Below, in pieces: positions 1-8,148 of a DNA stretch of 64,000 nt. Each line of letters opens with the position of its first letter. The first letter of the stretch is position 1. The notes beneath the pieces were generated by a model. That model was not told where the DNA came from. It did no database searches and saw nothing but the letters and a program-made list of their open reading frames with translations. This DNA is from Candidatus Latescibacterota bacterium (GTDB lineage: Bacteria > Latescibacterota > UBA2968), in contig OZ242320.1 of the NCBI GenBank assembly GCA_965208125.1, positions 4,608,001-4,672,000 of the forward strand, given 5' to 3'. Made by a program: the position numbers and the translations under genes.

Positions 1-1
1 C

Positions 2-223
2 TACAACTCGTTGCGGCTGGCGGTCGAGTACGGAGTTGTGGATAAACTGCTTTTTGGAACAGATTATCCTGTGGCTACTTTTGAGGAAACAGTGGAAGGG
101 CTGCACCAGGTGGTCCGGCTTTCCCTGGAGATGCGGTTGCCTCCGCTTCCAGAAGACCTGCCGGATCAGATTCTGTACCGCGATACCCTTGGTCTGCTGG
201 GGCTTTCTGATACTGTGATCTGA
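2..223 (+). CDS. Amidohydrolase family protein, C-terminal part (runs off the window's left edge)
   Basis: Open frame from the window edge; LLFGTDYP motif and ending 'QILYRDTLGLLGL', typical of Amidohydro_2 C-termini. Confidence 0.8.
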   Translation, partial: YNSLRLAVEYGVVDKLLFGTDYPVATFEETVEGLHQVVRLSLEMRLPPLPEDLPDQILYRDTLGLLGLSDTVI

Positions 224-251
224 CGCTCGCGTTTCAGCATATTGAAAGGAG

Positions 252-1541
252 ATGTTGATGGGAAAGCTGGCATTGACGGGTGGTTCTAAGGCGGTAACGC
301 TCGACAGAAGAAAATTCGCGGTTCCCCCTGTGAGTGAGGAGGCGATTGCAGCGGTGGTAGAACTGATGCGCAAGGGCGAGACTTCCATTTCACCATCGGT
401 TGCCGAGTTCGAGCGCGAGTTCGCCGATTACGTCGGTTGTGAATACGGGCTGGCGCTTACCAGCGGTACGGCAGCGCTTCAAACGGCCCTGTTTGCGGTG
501 GGGGTGGAGCCAGGCGATGAGGTTATTGTTCCTTCCTTCACATTTCTTACTACAGCGACGACTGTGCCGGCTATGGGGGGAGTCACTGTTTTTGCCGATG
601 TAGATCGCGATACGATGACTCTGGATCCCACCGACATTGAGCGGAAGATTACAGGGCGGACCCGTGCGATTGTCGTTTGCCACGTCTGGGGTAATCCTGC
701 GGATATGGAATCGATTTTAAAACTGGCACGCCCGCGAGGAATTGCCGTGATTGAGGACTGTTCGCACGCCCACGGGGCGACCTGGCAGGGAAAGAAAGTC
801 GGTTCTGTAGGCGATGTCGGTTGTTTCAGTTGCCAGGGATCCAAGCTGGTTGCGGCGGGGGAGGGCGGTGTACTCACGACAAACGACCGCGACCTGTACG
901 AGCGGGCTATTGTGCTGGGCCGTCCGGAAAAGCGTGCCGAAATTCGAGAGGATTCATGGATAAAACGCTTTGCCTTCACAGGGTTGGGTTTCAAATATCG
1001 TCCCCACCCACTGGGCATTGCAATCGCCCGCGAGCAACTTCATCACCTGGATGAGATGAACGAAATCCGAGACCGCAATGGTGCGGTCCTGGACACCGGG
1101 CTGGCAGATGTGGCAGATGTGGTGCCTCAGCGAGTGCTTCCGGGTTGTCGGCGCGTTTACAATAGCCACTGTATGCGGTATGATCCGGATAGGCTTGGAG
1201 GTGTTTCGGTCGAGACCTTCCTGCGGGCGCTCTCAGCAGAGGGCGTGGGTATCGGCAGAATGAGATACGGACATTTGCACGGGAATCCGATTTTCACGGA
1301 GGGATTTCCCTATGGTACGAAGGCTGCGACGTTGAGCGCACAGGGACATGATGCGTCGGATTTTGCAAATGGCCCACTTCCAGTGACAGAACATCTCAGA
1401 GAGTATGCTTTTCGCGCGGCTCCCCGGCTCGAAACGGAGTGTCGAGAACTGATCAACCAGTATCTGGATGCCTACCACAAGGTGGCATCGGCCGTCGATG
1501 AACTCCTAACTTACGAGAAAGAGCACAAATCAGAGGCTTAG
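252..1541 (+). CDS. DegT/DnrJ/EryC1/StrS family PLP-dependent aminotransferase
   Basis: SGTAAL, GDEVIVPSFTF, IEDCSHAHGA and FSCQGSK (PLP Lys) motifs; RBS AAGGAG upstream. Confidence 0.92.
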   Translation: MLMGKLALTGGSKAVTLDRRKFAVPPVSEEAIAAVVELMRKGETSISPSVAEFEREFADYVGCEYGLALTSGTAALQTALFAVGVEPGDEVIVPSFTFLTTATTVPAMGGVTVFADVDRDTMTLDPTDIERKITGRTRAIVVCHVWGNPADMESILKLARPRGIAVIEDCSHAHGATWQGKKVGSVGDVGCFSCQGSKLVAAGEGGVLTTNDRDLYERAIVLGRPEKRAEIREDSWIKRFAFTGLGFKYRPHPLGIAIAREQLHHLDEMNEIRDRNGAVLDTGLADVADVVPQRVLPGCRRVYNSHCMRYDPDRLGGVSVETFLRALSAEGVGIGRMRYGHLHGNPIFTEGFPYGTKAATLSAQGHDASDFANGPLPVTEHLREYAFRAAPRLETECRELINQYLDAYHKVASAVDELLTYEKEHKSEA

Positions 1542-1561
1542 AAGAGACACGGAGGTGTGTT

Positions 1562-2293
1562 ATGACACCCAAAGAGATAACAAATCCTGCTCCGACATTG
1601 ACGGACGAGACATTGGAAATCGAAGATCTGGCGTATCGGGATCCCACATTTAGCTGGGCGGGGTATCCCGAAGATGGATTGGTTTTACACCTGAGCGTTC
1701 GGGACCTGCCCCGGAAGGTGGATACGCGACCTTCGGGAATGAAGCGAGAGGCGCACAATCAAGATTACGTCTGGTTCCGACGGGAAGAGGTGCTGTCTAT
1801 GATTCCACTGGATGCGGCTGTGGGTGATGTCATTCCCATGCCCGATGGACTGGTCAGACGGCTGGTGCGTTATCATCTTGCCGATTACGTTCGAGGGGAA
1901 ACGTCTTCGTGGCCGTCCGAGGCGATCCGAGATGCGTCTATGACATTGACGGTGACTGAGGAGACACCGGAATGGATGGATTTAAGGCTTTCCGGATCCG
2001 CGCAGTTGTTCTCGGAGGGGAGTTGGTACGAGGGCGCATGTCGAGAACGGGGGCTGGATGTATCGCTGTTGGGTTATCTCTGTTTTGATCTGCGGACGGA
2101 ACGGTTCGTGAAGTTCGATATTGTGGCGGTGGGATCGCGGTGGGGCGGCACGGACTACAACGTACGGCAGGACGATTTGGAGCCTGCACCTATCGGGATT
2201 GCGATGACGATTGCCGGACAAGAGGCGAGGGATCGCACCGCGCCGCATGCGTGTCAGAGATGGGGTGGTTTGGAATGGTATTTTAACGCGTGA
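1562..2293 (+). CDS. Hypothetical protein (243 aa)
   Basis: GGAGG RBS, operon spacing, protein-like composition; no family recognised with confidence. Confidence 0.75.
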   Translation: MTPKEITNPAPTLTDETLEIEDLAYRDPTFSWAGYPEDGLVLHLSVRDLPRKVDTRPSGMKREAHNQDYVWFRREEVLSMIPLDAAVGDVIPMPDGLVRRLVRYHLADYVRGETSSWPSEAIRDASMTLTVTEETPEWMDLRLSGSAQLFSEGSWYEGACRERGLDVSLLGYLCFDLRTERFVKFDIVAVGSRWGGTDYNVRQDDLEPAPIGIAMTIAGQEARDRTAPHACQRWGGLEWYFNA

Positions 2294-2322
2294 TTTGATA
2301 GTTGGGATGTGTTTGTCATCTT

Positions 2323-2352
2323 CAAAAAACTCGGCAAGAGCCGAGTTTTTTG
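2323..2352. terminator. Rho-independent terminator, potentially bidirectional
   Basis: CAAAAAACTCGGC-AAGA-GCCGAGTTTTTTG perfect 13-bp inverted repeat just after the 1562-2293 stop. Confidence 0.85.
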
Positions 2353-2452
2353 TTTTTACCCACGGATTTTTTAAAGGGGAACGCCAGACCAGAGATACAG
2401 GTCTAATAATTCAGGGCCGAGGAGAGTAACCGATCCACCGGAGAGGGAAAAA

Positions 2453-4018
2453 ATGACCAGATACACACATAAATTGCCTGATTCTATTGACCGGAGGGAT
2501 TTTATTCATCTGGCCGGTCTTGGCACAATGGGTGCGCTTGTTCTGGGGCTGGATGTTCCTGTTGGCGCACAAAAACAACCCAATTTTATCTTTATGGTTT
2601 CTGACGATCAGGGGTGGGACGGGCTTTCGGTGCAGATGCACGATGCGATTGCCGGTTCAAAGAGCGACTTTTATCAGACCCCTAATCTCGAGAAATTGGC
2701 ACAGCAGGGCATGCGCTTTTCGGCTGCTTATTCGCCTTCGCCCGTTTGTTCGCCAACGCGATGCAGCCTTCAAACGGGTAAGAGTCCGGCACAGAACCAC
2801 TGGACAAAGGCATCCCCTATCCTGACTGCCGCAGACGGCCGTAAACTCATCCCGCCGATGCATGGTAGAAATCTTTCCAGTGGTGAGATAACCCTTGCTG
2901 AAATGTTGAAACAGGCCGGTTATACCACGGCACATTATGGCAAGTGGCATCTCGGTGGTGGTGGACCGGGAAACCACGGTTATGACGTACACGATGGAAA
3001 TACGGGTAACAGGGATGCAGCTCGTCATGTCGATCCCAATCCAGTAGATATATTCGGTATGTCCCGGCGTGCCAATGCGTTTATGGAGGAGAATACAGAA
3101 GCGGGCAAGCCGTTCTTTATCCAGTTGTCTTACTATGCTCTGCACTATCCCCGGAATGCGCTGGAAAGCACGCGGCAGGCATACTTAAATCGGCCGAGAG
3201 GGCGCGTCCATCAGAATGTCAATCGCGCGGCGATTACAGAAGACCTAGATACGGGTGTGGGTATGATCATGGACCAAGTTGAGAAACTCGGTATTGGTGA
3301 TCATACATATCTGATTTACATGTCTGATAATGGTGCTGTGGGAGGTGGTTTGGGTGTGTTGCGCGGGTCGAAGGGGTCTTTATGGGAGGGAGGAATCCGC
3401 GTGCCGTTGATCATCCAGGGGCCTGGTATAGAGCCAAATACGTTTTGTGATGAACGCGTGGTCGGTATTGATTTGTTTCCCACGCTTTGCGAATTGGGGG
3501 GCGTGAGTCAGCCGTTGCCATCGGGTATTGAGGGGGGTAGCATCACATCGTTATTATCTGGTGGTACGGGCGCGGTGGAGAGACCACGTGAGGAGATTGT
3601 GTTTCATTTTCCGCACTATCAAAGCGGGGATGGACCACATTCTGCTATTGTACAAGGCGATTACAAGTTGCTCAAATTTTACGAGACTGATGAAGTGCGG
3701 TTATACGATTTGGCCAATGATATTGGGGAACAAAATGATTTGTCCAAAGATATGGGAGAAGAGGCGATGCGTCTGCGCGAACGGCTCGAACAGTATCTGG
3801 TATCTGTTGACGCTCAGTTGCCCGTGCCGAATCCGAATTATGGACCAGGCAAATCAAGTGATTTTAATAGCGATGGGCAAATCGATTTCCAGGATTTTCT
3901 GGAATTTGCCAGAGCTTATGGGTCGGAGGAAGCTCGGTTTGATCTGGATAATAGCGGTCGTGTGGATTTTGCCGATTTTTTGAGGTTTATACAAGATTTT
4001 GGAAGTTCAGGAAATTAA
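2453..4018 (+). CDS. Tat-exported Cys-type sulfatase with C-terminal double EF-hand/dockerin-like module
   Basis: DRRDFI twin-Arg signal; SDDQG, CSPTR, GKWH, SDNG motifs; C-terminal DFNSDGQIDFQDF...DLDNSGRVDFADF. Confidence 0.92.
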   Translation: MTRYTHKLPDSIDRRDFIHLAGLGTMGALVLGLDVPVGAQKQPNFIFMVSDDQGWDGLSVQMHDAIAGSKSDFYQTPNLEKLAQQGMRFSAAYSPSPVCSPTRCSLQTGKSPAQNHWTKASPILTAADGRKLIPPMHGRNLSSGEITLAEMLKQAGYTTAHYGKWHLGGGGPGNHGYDVHDGNTGNRDAARHVDPNPVDIFGMSRRANAFMEENTEAGKPFFIQLSYYALHYPRNALESTRQAYLNRPRGRVHQNVNRAAITEDLDTGVGMIMDQVEKLGIGDHTYLIYMSDNGAVGGGLGVLRGSKGSLWEGGIRVPLIIQGPGIEPNTFCDERVVGIDLFPTLCELGGVSQPLPSGIEGGSITSLLSGGTGAVERPREEIVFHFPHYQSGDGPHSAIVQGDYKLLKFYETDEVRLYDLANDIGEQNDLSKDMGEEAMRLRERLEQYLVSVDAQLPVPNPNYGPGKSSDFNSDGQIDFQDFLEFARAYGSEEARFDLDNSGRVDFADFLRFIQDFGSSGN

Positions 4019-4051
4019 AAATAAATATCTGTTTATACAGGAGATTATTTC

Positions 4052-5368
4052 ATGAAAATTGTTGGATTTGCGATTGTCGCGTGTTTGTTGTGCGCTTCGA
4101 AACCGAATGCGTGTAGTGCGGATTTGGATAAGGATGGCGAGGTAGGGTTTTCCGACTTTCTGGTGTTGGCTGCCCAATTCGGTCAAACGTGTCCACCTGA
4201 AATGCCGGATACTCTGAGTGCGTTATCCGTAGAGGCAGGCTATGGTCGGATCGTGCTTCCGGGTACACAGGTGGATCTCAATGCCACGCTTACCAATGGT
4301 CCAGGCGCCCGTGTTGTGTGGCGGCAAGTGCAAGGGGCGTCGGCGACGATCAGTTCACCCAATGCGCTTCAGACGACGGTTAGCGTTCCTGTCAATGTCA
4401 GCAGTGCGGAGACTTTGCTGTTTGAAGTGCGTGCGGAGATGGAATCGGGACAACAAGCATCGGATACGGTTTGGATCGAGGTGTACGTACCTGAACAGAA
4501 TCCCGCCGACCTGACGCTTGTGGCAGATTTTTCGCCGAAAGTTGGTTGGGAGTGCAACCAGGATCCAGTAGAGGTTCCAGAGGTTCAGACCCGTGTTTTG
4601 GAAAATACCATCGAATACACTACCAATGGCATTCCCGCCCATGCGACGGGAATATTTCCCAATCGGGGCAATCCGAACATGATTTGGTCGGTGCCGCAAA
4701 CCTGGCGCATTCCCCGCTATCCCGAAAAGACGGACACGCCTACTGAAATGGCTGTATTTGGCATCACGCTCGAGGGCATCAAACTCGAACGCGACACTGC
4801 CGAAAGTTACCGCAACCAGCGGCAGTGGAATTACGAGGCGCTGACCCCGGGTATGGCGCGTCGATTGAGCGGCAATGCACGGTTCGAATGGCTGGGTACA
4901 GATTGCAATAACGCGCACGTTCAGCCGACGGGTATTTACCACTACCACGGCGTGCCGCATAGCTTGATAAATGAAATCACGAGTGGGATGGAAGGAGAGG
5001 AGATGGTATTGGTAGGATATGCTGCCGACGGTTTTCCGGTTTATGTCGCCAGCGGACCCAATGCTCCTGAGGGAAGTTGGGAATTGCGCCAGGGTACGCG
5101 AGAAAGTGGACCCGGGGGAGAATACGATGGCACGTTTCGGGAAGATTGGCAATTTGTCGAGGGATCGGGCGACCTCGACCAGTGCAATGGGCGATTTGGA
5201 GTTACGCTCGAGTTTCCGGAAGGAATATACCATTACTATCTTACCGATGACTACCCGTACATGCCCCGCTGTGTATGGGGGACACCAGATCCTTCGTTCA
5301 GACAACGTCGAGCCGGCCGACCTCCCGGCGGTCCTGGTTTTAGAAGGCGTCCACCACGCCGTTACTGA
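4052..5368 (+). CDS. Secreted YHYH-domain protein with single N-terminal EF-hand/dockerin-like repeat, PKD/Ig-like domain and Arg/Pro-rich tail
   Basis: Signal peptide; DLDKDGEVGFSDF; VVWRQVQG PKD-like segment; GIYHYHG, GYAADGFPVY, GDLDQCNG, GIYHYY; ends RRRPPRRY. Confidence 0.85.
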   Translation: MKIVGFAIVACLLCASKPNACSADLDKDGEVGFSDFLVLAAQFGQTCPPEMPDTLSALSVEAGYGRIVLPGTQVDLNATLTNGPGARVVWRQVQGASATISSPNALQTTVSVPVNVSSAETLLFEVRAEMESGQQASDTVWIEVYVPEQNPADLTLVADFSPKVGWECNQDPVEVPEVQTRVLENTIEYTTNGIPAHATGIFPNRGNPNMIWSVPQTWRIPRYPEKTDTPTEMAVFGITLEGIKLERDTAESYRNQRQWNYEALTPGMARRLSGNARFEWLGTDCNNAHVQPTGIYHYHGVPHSLINEITSGMEGEEMVLVGYAADGFPVYVASGPNAPEGSWELRQGTRESGPGGEYDGTFREDWQFVEGSGDLDQCNGRFGVTLEFPEGIYHYYLTDDYPYMPRCVWGTPDPSFRQRRAGRPPGGPGFRRRPPRRY

Positions 5369-5417
5369 TCTGGTATTCATAGATTGAACAATATTCGTGT
5401 GGAGGACAACAGACATC

Positions 5418-6575
5418 ATGTTCTTAAAATTATTGAAATCAAAATGGGCTTTGGGTGCGATCTTCACTTTATTTTGTATTTTTAGCCCAATCACTTTGAA
5501 AGCGTCACTGCCCGATTTTGATGGGAATGGCAAAGTCGATTTTGCCGATTTTCTACTTTTTGTAGCTGTATTTGGGCAATCGGCAGTTGGGCAAAATGCG
5601 ATTTACGATCTGGATACAAGTGGAACAGTCGATTTTGGAGATTTTTTAATTTTTGTCAGTGCATTTGGACAACCCATCTCTAATACTGTTCTCGGTGTTA
5701 GCACTCAGGGTTTTGCAACGCAAACAATTTCCAATTTGCTCGATTGTCCCGGGGGGCGCATAAGTCGTGTGGGGACAATTACATCTGACGATGGCAATGT
5801 GTGGATTATGCCTGCCGAGACGCAATACACAACCGCAAGACAGGCATCGGACATGTATAATCAATGCACAAGTGTTTTCACTTCCAATAGCAGTGCTCTC
5901 AATTTGTCGGCTGTGCCAGTCGTAGAGATTGATCAAGGTGGTGAGACGATTACGGGATATATCTTTGCTGACAATTACTTTGAATTGTATGTGAACGGTA
6001 CCTTGATTGCTGTTGATGCAGTTCCGTTCACACCGTTTAATTCGAGCATGGTTCGGTTTAAGGTTAAGCGACCATTTACGATTGCAATGAAGTTGGTCGA
6101 TTGGGAAGAGAATCTGGGGCTTGGCACAGAAGCTAATCGCAATTTTTTACATCATCCGGGAGATGGTGGTCTGGTAGCGAGTTTTCACGATGCCAATGGA
6201 AATACGGTTGCAATTACAAATGATCAATGGAAAGCGCAGACTTTCTATATTGCACCGATTAGAGATTTGAGTTGTATTGTCGAGAAGGAGACCGAGCATT
6301 TGTCCGGCGACTGTGACACGCGTGATACAAATGATGGCAGTCAATTTTACGCAATGCACTATCCCGTCCCATCGAACTGGTACGATAGCGACTTTGATGA
6401 TTCAGCCTGGCCACAAGCCTATACTTATACAAATGCGACAGTTGGTGTGAACAACAAACCCGCATATACAAATTTTACGGATCTATTTGATGATCCTGAG
6501 CACGATGCACAATTTATCTGGTCATCGAATCTCATTTTGGACAATGAAGTGATTGTGCGATATACCGTAAAGTAA
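5418..6575 (+). CDS. Secreted protein with N-terminal double EF-hand/dockerin-like module and a lectin/jelly-roll-like domain
   Basis: GGAGG RBS before ATG 5418; signal peptide; DFDGNGKVDFADF...DLDTSGTVDFGDF; ADNYFELYVNG and W..SDFDDSAW motifs. Confidence 0.75.
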   Translation: MFLKLLKSKWALGAIFTLFCIFSPITLKASLPDFDGNGKVDFADFLLFVAVFGQSAVGQNAIYDLDTSGTVDFGDFLIFVSAFGQPISNTVLGVSTQGFATQTISNLLDCPGGRISRVGTITSDDGNVWIMPAETQYTTARQASDMYNQCTSVFTSNSSALNLSAVPVVEIDQGGETITGYIFADNYFELYVNGTLIAVDAVPFTPFNSSMVRFKVKRPFTIAMKLVDWEENLGLGTEANRNFLHHPGDGGLVASFHDANGNTVAITNDQWKAQTFYIAPIRDLSCIVEKETEHLSGDCDTRDTNDGSQFYAMHYPVPSNWYDSDFDDSAWPQAYTYTNATVGVNNKPAYTNFTDLFDDPEHDAQFIWSSNLILDNEVIVRYTVK

Positions 6576-6601
6576 TGTTATGCTATGGAGGAATTGGACC
6601 A

Positions 6602-8029
6602 ATGAAGCGTAGAGAGTTTCTCGGTGTCGTCGGTGCCGGTGTATGTGGGGTGGCGGTGGCTAATGCGTTTGGTCAAGTTACTTCTAAGCGTCCCAAACAA
6701 CCCAATTTTATTTTTATGGTTTCTGACGATCAGGGGTGGGATGGCCTTTCGGTGCAGATGCACGATGCGATTGCCGGTTCAAAGAGCGATTTTTATCAGA
6801 CCCCTAATCTCGAGAAACTGGCACAGCAGGGCCTGCGCTTTTCGGCTGCTTATTCGCCTTCGCCTGTCTGCTCGCCAACGCGATGCAGTCTTCAAACAGG
6901 CAAGAGCCCGGCGCAGAATCGCTGGACAAAGGCATCCCCTATCCTGACTGCCGCAGATGGCCGCAAACTCATCCCGCCGATGCATGGCAGAGATCTTTCC
7001 AGTGATGAGATAACCATTGCTGAAATGTTGAAACAGGCCGGTTATACCACGGCACATTATGGCAAATGGCATCTCGGTGGCGGTGGACCGGGAAACCACG
7101 GTTATGACGTACACGATGGAAATACGGGCAACGGGAATGCGGCTCCTTTTGTCGATCCCAATCCTGTAGATATATTCGGTATGTCCCGGCGTGCCAATGC
7201 GTTTATGGAGGAGAATACAAAAGCTGGTAAGCCGTTCTTTATTCAGTTGTCTTATTATGCGCTGCACTATCCCCAGAATGCGCTGGCGAGTACGCGGCAG
7301 GCATACGAAAATCGACTGAGAGGGCGCAGCTATCGGGAGATCAACCGTGCGGCCATTACTGAAGATCTCGACACAGGTGTGGGTATGATTATGGATCAAG
7401 TTGAGAAACTCGGTATTGGCGGTCACACATATCTGATTTACATGTCAGATAATGGCGCTGGTGGAAGAGGTCGAGGTGTGTTGCGAGGCGGGAAGGGGTC
7501 TTTGTGGGAAGGTGGCATTCGCGTGCCATTGATCATCCAGGGGCCTGGTATAGAGCCAAATACGTTTTGTGATGAACGCGTGGTTGGCATTGATTTGTTT
7601 CCCACGCTTTGCGAATTGGGAGGTGTGAGCCAGCCGTTGCCAGCGGGTATTGAGGGGGGGAGCATTACATCGTTATTATCCGGTGGCAAGGGCGTGGTAG
7701 AGAGACCCCGTGAGGAACTTGTGTTTCATTTTCCGCATTATCAAAGCGGGGATGGCCCGCATTCGGTAATCATGTTGGGTGATTACAAGCTGATCAAACT
7801 TTATGAGACTGATAAATTGCACCTGTTTGATCTGAGTAAGGATATAGGTGAGGAGAATGATCTGGCAGGTCGCAAACCTGAGGTTGTTGCAAAATTGCAC
7901 GACCAGCTAAATGCGTATTTAGCCTCAGTTGATGCCCAAATGCCCCAGCCCAATCCGTATTACGATCCGAATTGGCCGGTCGGCGGGCGAAGGGGGAGAA
8001 ATAATCGGAGAAGAAGGAATCCGAGATGA
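6602..8029 (+). CDS. Tat-exported Cys-type sulfatase, close paralog of 2453-4018, with Arg-rich tail
   Basis: GGAGG RBS; KRREFL twin-Arg signal; CSPTR; near-identical core to 2453-4018; ends GGRRGRNNRRRRNPR. Confidence 0.92.
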   Translation: MKRREFLGVVGAGVCGVAVANAFGQVTSKRPKQPNFIFMVSDDQGWDGLSVQMHDAIAGSKSDFYQTPNLEKLAQQGLRFSAAYSPSPVCSPTRCSLQTGKSPAQNRWTKASPILTAADGRKLIPPMHGRDLSSDEITIAEMLKQAGYTTAHYGKWHLGGGGPGNHGYDVHDGNTGNGNAAPFVDPNPVDIFGMSRRANAFMEENTKAGKPFFIQLSYYALHYPQNALASTRQAYENRLRGRSYREINRAAITEDLDTGVGMIMDQVEKLGIGGHTYLIYMSDNGAGGRGRGVLRGGKGSLWEGGIRVPLIIQGPGIEPNTFCDERVVGIDLFPTLCELGGVSQPLPAGIEGGSITSLLSGGKGVVERPREELVFHFPHYQSGDGPHSVIMLGDYKLIKLYETDKLHLFDLSKDIGEENDLAGRKPEVVAKLHDQLNAYLASVDAQMPQPNPYYDPNWPVGGRRGRNNRRRRNPR

Positions 8030-8064
8030 TTATCTATTCGTTTTTTTTCATCATTTGATTGGCA

Positions 8065-8117
8065 ATGACGATTTATCCCACGCCTGAAGGCTGTGGGTTT
8101 TACGGGCTATCAGATAA
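8065..8117 (-). mobile_element. Minimal IS200/IS605-type end hairpin (non-autonomous remnant)
   Basis: Minus strand TTAT-CTGATAGCCCGTAAAACCCACAGCCTTCAGGCGTGGGATAAATCGTCAT; imperfect hairpin CCCAC(A)GCC-TTCA-GGCGTGGG resembling IS605/IS1341 ends; no tnpA or tnpB nearby. Confidence 0.5.
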
Positions 8118-8148
8118 GCCGGGGATAATAAATTACAGGTGGTGGCAA

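Noticed and set aside
4355-5533. 392-aa minus-strand ORF
   Set aside because: Antisense shadow of the YHYH gene; no recognisable motifs
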